In this document: positions 25,838 to 38,600 of the stretch, piece after piece
How the letters are laid out: every line of letters begins with the position of its first letter
How positions within the stretch are numbered: the stretch's first letter is position 1
Source of the DNA: Anaeramoeba ignava BMAN
Taxonomy: Eukaryota > Protista > Anaeramoebae
Length of the DNA stretch: 64,000 bases
Reading direction: 5' to 3'
Assembly: GCA_028826165.1 (NCBI GenBank)
Contig: JAPDFW010000056.1
Location: 496,001 to 560,000 of the forward strand
The notes under the pieces: model-generated
The model's database searches: none
What the model saw: only the letters and a program-made list of their open reading frames with translations
What the model was told of the DNA's origin: nothing
Position numbers and translations under genes: made by a program

Positions 25838-28800
25838 ATGTCTTTTTATCCAAAAGAAATTCGAGATCATCCCAAACCATTAATTGTACTTGATGGTTCA
25901 AGAGAAGAAACGTTACCAATTTCAAATACATTACAAAAAAAATTTTCTTTTAGCAAATTAACTAAAATACCAAATAAAAAGCAAAAATCTTTTCAAAGTT
26001 ATGAAAATCTTATTCCAAAAGGAATTTTGAAAGCAAATTGGATTCCTAAACATATTTATGAAATTCCTGCTTTAATTTTATCAACTTATTCTTTTAATCC
26101 AAAAGAATTTTCTAAAAAACAAGAATTAGCAATGACAACTCGATTTTTAGAAATTCTTCAAATTGGAAAAGAAAGAAATGTTTGTGCTGTTTTAGTTTTG
26201 TGTGCTGAAAAGGGTTCAGTTTCTATGTGTAAGATTATTTAAATTAAAATCAAAATTAAAATTAAAATTAAAATTAAAATTTAAAATTAAAATTAAAATC
26301 AAAATTAAAATTAAAATTAAAATTAAAATTAAATTCAAATTCAAAATTCAAAATTTAAATTAAAATTAAAATTAAAATTAAAATTAAAATTAAAATTTAA
26401 ATTAAAATTCAAATTCATTTATAAAATCAAAATTAAAATTAAAATTAAAATTAAAATTAAAATTAAAATTAAAATTAAAATTAAAATTAAAATTAAAATT
26501 AAAATTAAAATTAAAATTAAAATTAAAATTAAAATTAAAATTAAAATTAAAATTAAAATTTAAATTTAAATTAAAATTAAAATTAAAAATCAAAATTAAA
26601 ATTAAAATTAAAAATTAAAAATAAAATTAAAATTAAAATTAAAATTAAATTCAAAATTAAAATTAAAATTAAAATTAAAATTAAAATTAAAATTAAAATT
26701 AAAATTAAAATTAAAATTAAAATTTAAAATTAAAATTAAAATTAAAATTAAAATTAAAATTAAAATTAAAATTAAAATTAAAATTCAAAATTAAAATTAA
26801 AATTAAAATTAAAATTAAAATTAAAATTAAAATTTAAAATTAAAATTAAAATTAAAATTAAAATTAAAATTAAAATTAAAATTAAAATTAAAATTAAAAT
26901 TAAAATTCATTTATAAAATTAAAATATAAAATTAAAATATAAAAATAAAATTAAAATTAAAAAATAAATAAAAGCTGGTGAATCTCCTGATGATTTAATA
27001 AATAATATGAAAAAATCTGTTCATTATGATACAAAAAGAGGGGGATTCATTTCCCATATGATTGGGCAACAAGATTCATTTGAAAAATTGGAAAAATTTT
27101 TATTTAGACACATTCGACAATATTTCAAAGAAGAAATGAAAAGAATCAAAAAATATTTGGATGAAATTAACAAAAAAACACAACCTAAAATTTTATCTCG
27201 ACATTTTTTCAAAAGAGCTTTTTATGCTGAATGTATTCGTGATTTTAAAAACTCAATTAAATTATATTCTCAAGCATATGAATATTCACTTCAAATTCCA
27301 AGACTTCAAACAGAATTAAATGAAATCAAAATTTTTTCAGAAATTGTTAGTTATAAACTTATTCGTTTATATTTAGAAACAAAAGATATTGAAAATGCTT
27401 TTGAACAATTTACAAATCATATTAAATTTTTCAAAAAGGAAAAATTATCAAATTCTGATCATGATTTTGAACATTATGAATGGTTATCTCATCAATATCA
27501 AACTTTTGCTGAATTATTAGAAGCATCAGAAGAAACTGAAATTATTTCCCAAAAAAAACATTATCAAAAACCTGGTTTTTATTATTATATTGCTGCTGAT
27601 TATGCAATTAAGAGAAAAAATTCAGCTACAAATTTAATTACAAGATATAAATCACAAATTTCTAATATTTTTCCCCCTTATAAAAGTACAATTCCTTATC
27701 ATCAAAGTTGTCTTGATTTAAAGAATAATGAATTCATTGGAAAATCAATTTGGGGAAATGGTAAAATTCATTTATAAAATTAAAATTAAAATAATTAAAA
27801 TTCATTTATAAAATTAAAATTCATTTATAAAATTAAAATCAAAATCAAAATTCAAAATAAAATTAAAATTCATTTATAAAATTCAAATTCATTTATAAAA
27901 TTAAAATTCAAAATAAAATTAAAATTCATTTATAAAATTAAAATTCATTTATAAAATTAAAATTAAAATTCATTTATAAAATTAAAATTCAATTAAAATT
28001 AAAATTAAAATTCATTTATAAAATTAAATTAAAATCAAAATTCATTTATAAAATTAAAATTAAAATTATAAATAAAATTAAAATTAAAATTCATTTATAA
28101 AATTAAAATTAAAATTAAAATTAAAATTAAAATTCATTTTTAAAATTGAATTTAAAATTAAAATTGAAATCAAAATTCATTTATAAAATTAAAATTCATT
28201 TATAAATTTAAAATTAAATTTAAAATTAAAATTCATTTATAAATTTAAAATCAAAATCAAAATCAAAATTAAAATTAAAATTCATTTATAAAATTAAATT
28301 AAATTTAAAAAAAAGAATCAAATGAATTTTTTCAAGAACTTATTATTGAAAAAGATCTTGATCATTCTTCAGACATTTTATTTCTTTTAAAGAATGCTTT
28401 TCAATTTTATTCACAAAATTATCAATCTTCTAAACGATTTCTTATATTTCTTTCTGTTATGACTGGAACACAATATCATCAAAAAAAACAATATCCAAAT
28501 TCATCTCAAATTTTTGAATATCTTCTTACTGTTTTAAAGAATGAAAGATCATGGACAATCATTTCAGATGTTCTTAATTATTTATATGAATCTTCAGATG
28601 CACTTCATGATAATCGAAAATTTTTGCTTTGTATATTGTCACTTCTTGCTCCTCAAAATGGAACTCAACATTTAAAAAAATTAGGATTGCAAGTTCGTTT
28701 AGGAACATTAGTTCAAGTAAAACATTTCAAAATATATTTAATTTGATTTAATTTAAATATTTAATTTGATTTAATTTAATTTAAATATTTGATTTTATTT

Positions 28801-31264
28801 AATTTAAATATTTAATTTAATATTTAATATTTAATTTGATTTCATTTGATTTAAATATTTCATTTAATTTAATTTAATTTAATTTAATTTAATTTAATTT
28901 AATTTAATTTAATTTAATTTGATTTAATTAAATATTTAATTTAATTTGATTTGATTTAATATTTAATTTGATTTAATTAAATATTTAATTTAATTTGATT
29001 TGATTTAAATATTTCATTTAATTTAATTTAATTTAATTTAATTTAATTTTAATTTAATTTAATTTAATTTAATTTAATTTGATTTAATTTAATTTAATTT
29101 AATTTCATTTGATTTAATTTAATTTAATTTAATTTAATTTAATTTAATTTAAATATTTAATTTAATTTAAATTTAATTTGATTTAATTTGATTTAATTTC
29201 ATTTAATTTAATTTAATTTAATTTGATTTAATTTAATTTAATATTTAATTTAATTTGATTTAATTTAATTTAATTTAATTTAATATTTAATTTTAATTTT
29301 TAATTTGATTTGATTTAATATTTAATTTAATTTGATTTGATTTAATTTGATTTGATTTAATTTAATTTAATTTAATTTAATATTTAATTTAATTTAATTT
29401 AATTTAATTTAATTTAATTTAATTTAATTTGATTTAATTTGATTTAATTTAATTTAATTTAATTTGATTTAATTTAATTTGATTTAATTTTATTTAATTT
29501 AAATTGATTTAATTTATTTTAATTTTAATTTAAATTTTATTATTCATTAAGAATCCGGAATCAATTTCAATGAAAAGAATAACTCCTATTGAAGAAATTA
29601 TTATGGACAAACATAACTCAATTTCAACACTAATTGAATGTCGAACTCATTTCACTCGCTCAACTGCAGGAGAAAACGACAAAGTATTCCCAAGAATCAT
29701 GTTCATTTCACATTTCCCCGAAAAAATGCAATTCACAAAAGTAGAAGTGAAATTCAGTACAGAAGAATACAATCATACATTGAGTTCAGAAGACACAGAT
29801 CTTCTTTTACCATCTGAACAAAAGAAAATTGTTGGATTCTCATTTATTGCAACAAAACAAGAAATTGTGGAATTCACGGAAGTTTCTCTTTTTTTAACAG
29901 ACAAAAACAGCGGATTTGTTATGAAATGGAAACCTTTAGAATTTGATTCTTTGAATTCAAATCTTCTTCTTGGATTTTTACATCGACCTCAAATTAGAGT
30001 AGGAAAACCCCCTGCTTCACTTAAAATATTAACAGAAATGAAACAGCCTTTACTTACAAACGGATTCAATCCAATCAAATTGATTTTATCTTCAAATAAT
30101 GACCATGTAATTAATGGTGAACTTTCAATAGAACTTGTTGGGTCTAATAGATTGTGCCAATTTTATTATGATGATCCTCATAATCCCTTGCAAAATTCAA
30201 TCAAAATACCAGAAATCAAACCAAATTCTGAGTATCCATTATTTTTTTTTGTAAATTCACAAGAAGAAACAAAAAGAACATTTGAAATCACCTTTATATT
30301 CCGAACAAAACAGAAATACGAAACAGGAACAGGAACAAAAATTGTTTGTTTTTTCAAGAATCCACTTAGTTTTAATTTGAAGTTATCAGATAATTACGGT
30401 GATTTACTCACAGAATCTCGACCAAATGTTCCATTTAATACTCAAGTAATCATGAATTGTTCAATCACTTTGATTCAGGATATTAAACTTCTTGTCACAA
30501 ATTCTCATCTTCAAATCAAAGAAGCATTTGGAAAAATTATTGCTCAATCATTCACAACAAATTTTCAGCCTCATCATATTAACAAGGATGATAAACTAGA
30601 TTTTCTAAGTTTAATTTTAACAACAATTGAGGAAGAATGTTCATATCCACTTGATTTTGGAAGTTTTCAAGTTGAATATAGAGTTTCTCCCAAATTTAAG
30701 AATTCAAAATTACAATTATCAAATCAAAATGAAAATGAAAATCAAAATGAAAATGAAAATGAAAATGAAAATGAAAATCAAAATCAAAATCAAATCAAAA
30801 TCCAAAAAGATTCAAAATCCAATTTTTCTGATCAAGATCGTTTTTCTGATAATATTCCAAAAGGATGGACTGATGATGATTTTGTTAGTCGATTAAAATT
30901 CCCTATTAAACTTATTCCTGTTGAAAAATTACCAATTTCATTGATTCAAGAACAACCCAAAATTGGGATTATTGGAGATAAACTTGATTGGCAACTCACA
31001 ATCCAAAATCATACTAATAAACTCCAAAAAATTATTTTCAAATTAACAAACAATGAAAATTTTGTTGTTTCAGGTTTAAAAGAAGTTTCTTTTCATCTTC
31101 TTCCTCGTTCACAAAGATCTCTTCTTTATAATTTGGTTCCTCTTAATCCTGGTCATTTAAATCTTCCTTTGATTAAAATATTCATTATTGAAGGAATAAA
31201 ACAAACTGAAATTATTCAAACAAAACAAGTTTATCATATTTTTGTTACTCCAAGAAAAAAATAA
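25838..31264 (+). CDS. TRAPPC11: Trafficking protein particle complex subunit 11 (Foie gras/Gryzun domains), 1096 aa. Exons 25838-26228, 26975-27760, 28316-28716, 29552-31264
   Basis: N-terminal PKGILKANWIPKHIYEIPA, RHFFKRAFYAE, FEHYEWLSHQYQTFAELL, PGFYYYIAADYAIKRK; C-terminal FVVSGLK..F.LLP...L.YNLVPL.PG.L.LP. Three GT-AG introns in compatible phases. Confidence 0.92.
26229..29551 (+). repeat. TRAPPC11 introns, each with a different array: (AAAATT)n 26229-26974; AAAATTCATTTAT/AAAATT mix 27761-28315; (TTTAA/TTTGA)n 28717-29551
   Basis: Directly visible. Confidence 0.9.
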
Positions 31265-31506
31265 TTAAGAATTAAGAAACAAAAACAAAACCAAATTAAT
31301 TCCACTTTTCATTTTTAATTTTTAATTTCTTTTAAAAAAAATTTTAATTAATTAAAAAAAGCAAAAACAAATTTATTCCACTTTTTTTCTTTTCTGTTTT
31401 TAATTAATTAAAATGAATTTGAAAAAAAGAAAGAAAAATTAAAAAAAAAAAGCATTTAAAATTGAATCAAATCCATTCTTAAAATGAAAAGAGAAAAGAG
31501 AAAAAT

Positions 31507-32970
31507 TCATTTTTGAAAAAAAGAAATTAAAGAAAAATCAATCAAATTCATAAGAAGTGCTGTTTCATGATAAAAATTTAATCCGTTAATAATTATTAAA
31601 AAAGAATTTGGTTTAAATTGAGAAAGAATTAATGTTGGAATTGAATCTCCCCATTGAACAAGAACTTCTGAAGAAGAATGAGTGTTTTTCATTTTATAAA
31701 AACTTCTCGGAATTGTTTGAAGATCATCAATTTGAATTCCATTTAAAATTAAATGATGAGGATTATTGATTACAAAACTTTGATCTTGTTGATCTTTTTC
31801 TTCTTTTTGATCTTCTAAATTTTCATCAAAACAAACAGGAATAAAATGAGTAAATTCATTTTGGAATTCTAAAAGAGGATCAACAGCCATATTTGAAAGA
31901 ACAATTAAAGAACCAACTTTTTTTTTAATCAAAGAATAAATAAAATTAATATTATTAATAAAAATAAAATTAAAATTAAAACGATTTTTCTTTCTTTTTT
32001 TTTTACATTCTGTTGGTTTTGATAGAAAATTATAAAGAATTTCACAAATTTTATCTTGATTATCAATTCCAACTAAATTATTTATCAGAATTTGATTAAA
32101 ATTATTTATTTCCGATTGTTCTATTTTGAATATTTCTTGAATATTATCAAGAGTATCAATTTTTTTTGAATCAAATTTATTATTAACTAAAATCTTTGGA
32201 ATATTTCCAATAATTTCATCTTTTTCAATTGGTTTTTCAGAAAAAACTAATAATATTTTAGCTTTTTTTCTTAAAGAATGAATATTTTCATTTTTTTCCA
32301 GAAATAAATTTTGATTTGAATTTTGAATTGAATTTTGATTTGAATTTTGATTTGAATTTTGATTTGAATTTTGATTTAAATTTTGATTTGAATTTTGATT
32401 TGAATTTTGAATTGAATTTTGATTTGAATTTTGAATTGAATTTTGATTTGAATTTTGATTTGAATTTTGATTTGAATTTTGATTTGAATTTTGATTTGAA
32501 TTTTGATTTGAATTTTGATTTGAATTTTGATTTGAATTTTGATTTAAATTTTGATTTGAATTTTGATTTGAATTTTCTTGATAAGAAGAATTAACAGAAG
32601 TTGAATCAATTTCTAAATTTCCAAACAAACTATCATTTTCTTCTGTCGGTTGTTGATTTTCTAACTGTAAAAAATCCTTAACAAGTGAAGATTCAAGAAC
32701 TTCAGGTTGAAAAAGAATTTGATTAAAAAAATTTTGTAAAAGTTTTTTTCTTTCTTTTAAAAATTTAGGATCTTTGTTTCCAAAAAACTTTTTTGGAGGA
32801 AAAGAAAGTCTTAAATGAGGAAATTGTTTATCAAGTAAATTGTTTAGTTTTCTAATTTTTGAATATCTTGCCCAGATTGTCCATTTTTGTTGTCCTCTTC
32901 TCACAATAATTTCATATTCAATGTATTTTTGACTTGAAATTTTATGATTTGCAACAACAGCTGAAATCAT
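31507..32970 (-). CDS. PX-domain protein with an (NQNS)n linker and a C-terminal alpha/beta domain (possibly class-I GATase-like); probable 90-nt intron at 32006-31917
   Basis: PX motifs YIEYEI...WTIWARYSKIRKL...FPPKKFFGNKDPKFLKERKKLLQNFF. The GTAAAA...AAAAAAAAAG segment translates as intron-like FNFNFIFINN. Confidence 0.8.
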   Translation of the reverse strand: MISAVVANHKISSQKYIEYEIIVRRGQQKWTIWARYSKIRKLNNLLDKQFPHLRLSFPPKKFFGNKDPKFLKERKKLLQNFFNQILFQPEVLESSLVKDFLQLENQQPTEENDSLFGNLEIDSTSVNSSYQENSNQNSNQNLNQNSNQNSNQNSNQNSNQNSNQNSNQNSNQNSNQNSIQNSNQNSIQNSNQNSNQNLNQNSNQNSNQNSNQNSIQNSNQNLFLEKNENIHSLRKKAKILLVFSEKPIEKDEIIGNIPKILVNNKFDSKKIDTLDNIQEIFKIEQSEINNFNQILINNLVGIDNQDKICEILYNFLSKPTECKKKRKKNRFNFNFIFINNINFIYSLIKKKVGSLIVLSNMAVDPLLEFQNEFTHFIPVCFDENLEDQKEEKDQQDQSFVINNPHHLILNGIQIDDLQTIPRSFYKMKNTHSSSEVLVQWGDSIPTLILSQFKPNSFLIIINGLNFYHETALLMNLIDFSLISFFQK

Positions 32971-33364
32971 AAATACAAATAAAAATGAAAAAGAAAAAAA
33001 TGAAAAAAATGAAAATTTAAAAAATCGAAAAAAATTTTTTGTTTTAATTTTAATTTTCCAATCTTTATTTAATTTTGATTTTAATTTTGATTTTAATTTT
33101 GATTTTAATTTTAATTTTAATTGTGATTTTGATTTTTAATTTTAATTTTCCAATCTTTATTTAATTTTGATTTTGATTTTAATTTTAATTTTTGATTTTG
33201 ATTTTGATTGTAATTTTCCAATCTTTATTTAATTTTGATTTTGATTTTGATTTTGATTGTAATTTTAATTTTATTTGTAATTTTAATTGTGATTTTGATT
33301 TTTGATTTTAATTTTAATTTTTGATTTTAATTTTGAATTTTGATTTTTTAATTTTTATTTGATT

Positions 33365-34419
33365 TTAAAGTCTTTTCATTTTAAATATATTTTTTTTTTG
33401 ATTTTTGAATTGCTTTTTAAATCTCTTTGAATCTCCTTTTAATTCCATTTTTAATCCTCCAAAAAGAAGTAAAAATTTTAATTATTTTTAATTTTTCATT
33501 TTGAATATTTTTAAACTTTTCCATACATTAAATATATTCTTTTAACTAATTGAATTGCTTTTTAGGAGAAGTATTTTGTTCAAAACCTTTTAATATAAAT
33601 ATTATAAATATAATAAATATTATAAATCTTTTTAAATATTATAAATATTATAAATATTATAAATATTATAAATATTATAAAATAAATATAATAAATATTA
33701 TAAAAAATAAATAAATATATATAAAATATAAATATTATAAATATTATAAATAATATAAATATTATAAATATTATAAATATTATAAATATTATAAATATTA
33801 TAAATATAAATATTATAAATATTATAAATATTATAAATATTATAAATATTATAAATATTATAAATATAAATATTATAAATATTATAAATATTATAAATAT
33901 TATAAATATTATAAATATAAATATAATAAATATAATAAATATTATAAATAATATAAATATTATAAAAAATATTATAAATATTATAAATATTATAAATAAT
34001 ATTATAAATATTATAAATATTATAAATATTATAAATATAAATATAATAAATATTATAAATAATATAAATATTATTAATATTATAAATATTATAAATATTA
34101 TAAATAAAGTAATTTAATTTCTACTCCTTGATCTGCTTCTCCATCAAGTGATAATGTTGAAGCAATTGCAATCTTAAATTTATCATTTAATTTCACTGGA
34201 TAAATATCTGTATTAACATCAAGTGTTAATTCAACATCACAAATTTCACTTTTACAATGTATTCTTGTGACTTAATTTTAATTAAATTTTTTATAAATAA
34301 ATTTTTTATAAATAAATTTTTTATAAATAAATTTTTTATAAATAAATTTTACCTTTTTCAAAAACTTTTCTTTCTTTATCTTCAATATCATTTAATTCAA
34401 ATGTATCATCAAATAACAT
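33365..34419 (-). CDS. RPB8: RNA polymerase I/II/III shared subunit RPB8 (RPABC3). Exons 34419-34353, 34270-34125, 33586-33365; last exon frame-disrupted in this sequence
   Basis: Not in the ORF track. Spliced exons 1-2 read MLFDDTFELNDIEDKERKVFEKVTRIHCKSEICDVELTLDVNTDIYPVKLNDKFKIAIASTLSLDG. Exon 3 holds YLMYGKV, IFTSF and GGLKMELKGD...MKRL* in different frames. Confidence 0.9.
33587..34124 (-). repeat. (ATAAATATT)n 9-mer array filling RPB8 intron 2
   Basis: Directly visible; almost no G or C over ~500 nt. Confidence 0.93.
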
Positions 34420-34552
34420 GGATTAATTAAATAAATTATGTTTTATTTGTATTTTTTATTTAATTATAAATTTATTAATTAATTAATTGGATTGAAAGAA
34501 AAAAAATGAAATTTTTTTTTTCATTTTTTTTTTTGTTTTTTTTTTTTTAAAA
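34420..34552. promoter_or_regulatory. 133-bp bidirectional promoter (RPB8 / MYG1-like) with back-to-back Inr-like motifs
   Basis: AAAAATGAAA (minus-strand motif, ~34500-34511) is followed by TTTTTCATTTT (plus-strand motif, ~34516-34530). Confidence 0.55.
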
Positions 34553-35491
34553 ATGAATAATTTTATTAAATTTGATAAAATTAATTGTGAAAAAATTATT
34601 TCTTATTGGATAATTAAAAATGTAAATATTCAAAATGTTGAAAACTTTTATTTAATAAAACTTGATAGAATTTTAGATTCAAAACCAATTTGTCTTGATT
34701 TATGGGAAAAATATGGAAAAACAATTATTCAATCATCAAAAAAAATTGAACAAAATAATTCAATTTTAATAAAAAAAATTTTCATTAGAATTCGAGATTG
34801 TTTTATTCTTCCAATTTTTGAATTGGAGAATAATTATAGAGCATTTATTAAAGAATCAAGTTTTAATCAAGTTGAATTTGATAATTTACAAAATCAACAT
34901 TTTTTGTTTCTTGATTTTCTTTCTTCCAAAAAAATCAATAATCCACTTTTTCAAGATTTTACTTCTTTATTTTATAGAATTGAAATATTTATCAATTTGA
35001 ACCAAAACAAACAATCACAACAAAATTTATTTTCTCACGCTTTTCAAATTGTAGATGAAGAAATTAAAGAATTAATTGATGATTCAATTGAAAAGTGGAT
35101 CAAAGATTTTTGGATTGTTGAAAAATCATTTAATCAAGCTTTAGAAGAAGATCAAAAGGCAACTTTTCTTTTGATTGATGAGAATATTGATTTTCATGAG
35201 CATGTGATTGATTTGGAAAGTGAAAAAGGAATTTCAAACCAAATCAAATTTGTTGTATTTCAGGAAAAACAAGGAAGAAAATATTGGTGGATTACTTCAG
35301 TTCAATTAAAAAAATCTTCATTTGAATTACGAAAACCTTTTCCGAAAAATTGGAGAGGATTATTTAATGAAGAGTTGGAAAAAATTACTGGTATTGAAGG
35401 AAGTGTTTATTGTCATTTAACTGGATATAAAGCTGGAAATAAAACTTATGAAGGAGCAAAAAGAATGATTAAAATTGCTTTAAAAAATTGA
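34553..35491 (+). CDS. MYG1-like: MYG1-family (DHH exonuclease-like) protein with a degenerate N-terminus, 312 aa, intronless
   Basis: The C-terminus SFELRKPFPKNWRGLFNEELEKITGIEGSVYCHLTGYKAGNKTYEGAKRM matches the MYG1 consensus (R.PLP..WRGL.D..L...SGI.GC.FVHA.GF.GG..T.E.A..MA). Confidence 0.85.
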   Translation: MNNFIKFDKINCEKIISYWIIKNVNIQNVENFYLIKLDRILDSKPICLDLWEKYGKTIIQSSKKIEQNNSILIKKIFIRIRDCFILPIFELENNYRAFIKESSFNQVEFDNLQNQHFLFLDFLSSKKINNPLFQDFTSLFYRIEIFINLNQNKQSQQNLFSHAFQIVDEEIKELIDDSIEKWIKDFWIVEKSFNQALEEDQKATFLLIDENIDFHEHVIDLESEKGISNQIKFVVFQEKQGRKYWWITSVQLKKSSFELRKPFPKNWRGLFNEELEKITGIEGSVYCHLTGYKAGNKTYEGAKRMIKIALKN

Positions 35492-35622
35492 AAAATAAAA
35501 AGTGGAACAAAAAATTTTTAAATTGAAATTTAACCAAAAAAAAGCAAAAAAAAAAAACGAAAAAGAAATTTTATTACTAAAATAAAAGAAAAAGAAAAAG
35601 AAAAAGAAACATTTTGTTTTTA

Positions 35623-38600
35623 TTAAGATCTTGATGAAAAACTTTCTAGTATAATTGCAACAGAATATAAAGAAAGTGGGACCATCAAAACAATTGAAGC
35701 CAAAAACCAATCAATTTTGTTAAGAAAAATAAAATGTTTCATCAAAATAAATTCATTGAAGCCAAGAAATAAACCCAAAAAAGTGAAATAGCCAAAAATT
35801 TTAAAGACAGCCGTTGAAATTGATTTAACATGGAAAACAGTTTTGAGAATTGAGCTTCCTAATAATGAAACAAATGGGAAAAAATCTAAAATAAGAACGG
35901 ATTCAAACGCAAATTTCCAAGAAAAATATTTCATGTTGAAATCATAAATTGTTGCTCCAACAAAAGAAAATATTGTGATATGAATAATCAACAAGGTTTC
36001 GGAACTTAAAAATAATATTTTGCGAAATAATAAATTGCTGAAAGAAAAAGTGAGTGTTGGCAAGGAAAAAAAGATGATTTGGAATTGATAATAAATCATG
36101 AAAAGTATCTGCAAACACAAAAGAGCAACCATCACAAAATATGGCAATTTGATTGAAGGAAAATACAACTTGAATATGAATAAATAAAGTGATATTGCGA
36201 ATAAAAGATTGCTAAAAAAGGAATGTTTCTTCAAAAATATTTCCCGATAACTTTCAAGATATTTCACTTTCCAAAATTCAAATATATCGTTGATCAAATA
36301 GACGGTTCTAGTTAAAATGAAAAAGATTAAAATCACTCTCCAATCGTAGTCAACTTTTTTGTCGAGCTTCATTATCGAAATCAAAAGAGGAAATGGAAAC
36401 ATGAAAAAGAATATAAAAGAAAGAACCAATTTTGTGAAGAATTTAGATCGCATCTGTTCAATTTGATTGGTTTTTTCTTCGTTATTGATTATTCTTTTCC
36501 TTCTTTGTTCTGCTTGAAGTATTTGATTTATTTGATGAACAAAAACTTTCTTTGGATAAAAACTAAGAAGAGTATACAGTTTATTTGGTGTTGGCGAGAG
36601 CATTTCTTCTGAAAAATCAATTGATGGCATTTTTTTTTCAGCATTAAGTGGTGTTTCAGTTGAAACGCCACTTGATTGAGATATTCCTAAATCTATTGAT
36701 CTTTCATCCTGTTTTTGATTTATTTGTCCCGATAAATTTATTGGTCTTTCTTGCAAAATATCTTTTGTTCCCATGAAATTTTGTGTTAAAAGATGATATT
36801 GAGTTCGAAGGAATTCTTGATCTCTTTGTTGTTGTTTCTTTTGTTTCCTTCTTTCTTCTATTTTCCGATGATAATTTTGCACTTTTTTGGTGTTATGTTT
36901 TCGGATTCTTTCTCTTTCTACTGGATCTATGTCTGGGTTTTGAAAGAATTCAATTTGTGTAGAAGTTGATTTTTGATCTAATTTTTTTGTTTTACTTTTG
37001 CTTTTCTTTCTTTCAAATTGAGATTGTACTTTTGACATTTTAATTTTTTGAGATTGTCCTCTTTTCCGAGGTAAAATTTGATCTTTTTCTTTTTGATTAT
37101 TTCCATCATCTGTAATATTTTTATCTATTCTAACTTTTTTATCCATTTTAATATATTTATCATCATATGAAATATTTTTATCGTTTTTAACTTTTTTAAC
37201 TTTTTTAACTTTTTTAACTTTTTTAGTATTTTCATCATCTTTAATATTTTCATTATCTTTAATATATTCATTATCTTTAATATATTTATCATCTTTAATA
37301 TTTTCATTATCTTTAATATTTTTATCATCTTTAATATATTTATCATCTTTAATATTTTCATTATCTTTAATATTTTCATCATCTTTAATATTTTCATCAT
37401 CTTTAATATTTTCATTATCTTTAATATTTTCATTATCTTTAATATTTTTATCATCTTTAATATTTTCATTATCTTTAATATATTTATCATCTTTAATATA
37501 TTTATCATCTTTAATATTTTCATTATCTTTAATATTTTCATTATCTTTAATATTTTCATTATCTTTAATATTTTCATTATCTTTAATATTTTCATTATCT
37601 TTAATATTTTCATTATCTTTAATATTTTCATCATCTTTAATATTTTTATCATCTTTAATATTTTCATTATCTTTAATATTTTATCATCTTTAATATTTTC
37701 ATTATCTTTAATATATTCATCATCTTTAATATTTTTATCATCTTTAATATTTTCATTATTTCCATTATTTTCATTATTTTCATTATTTTCATTATTTTCA
37801 TTATTTCCATTATTTTCATTATTTTTATCATCTTTAATATTTCCATTATTTCCATTATTTTCATTATTTTCATTATTTTCATTATTTTCATTATTTTGAT
37901 TATTTCCATTATTATTTTGATTATTTTCTTGATTAGAATTTTTTCTTTGAAGAAACTGCTTTAATAATTCTTGTTTTTCTTTTTCTTTTTCTTCATCTTT
38001 TTCTTTTTCATTTTCATTTTGATTTTGATTTTGATTTTGATTTTGATTTTGATTTTGATTTTGATTTTGATTTTGATTTTCATTATTTTGATTTGTTTTT
38101 GTACGAAAAAGAGTAATATTTCTATAAGCACCAATTGATTCAAGAACTTCCTTAACTGGAATATTAATATCTTCAGTTTCAAAATTAAAAATAGAATATT
38201 CAAACTTTTTTTGATTAATTAAATCAATTCTTCTTCTTAATCCAATTCTTCCAATAACTGTTAATTTTTTTTGAACAACATAAACTTCTTGAAAATCTAA
38301 TTCTTCTGAATATTTATACAATATCCTTCTCCATAAAGTCCAATCATTAGAAATCCGATATAATTGTTTATTCACACAAGAACATATTCCAAGTGTGAAT
38401 GGGTGATCAATATAATTAAATATCATCAAACCAACTTTTTCATTTTTAAATTTTAATTTTATAAATGAATTTTAATTTAATTTTAATTTTATAAATGAAT
38501 TTTGAATTTAATTTTAATTATTTACTTTCATCTGGAAGTAAATCAAAAAGATCTAATTGATCCTCTTCTTCTTTTTGATTTTTATTTCTTTTTCTATTTC

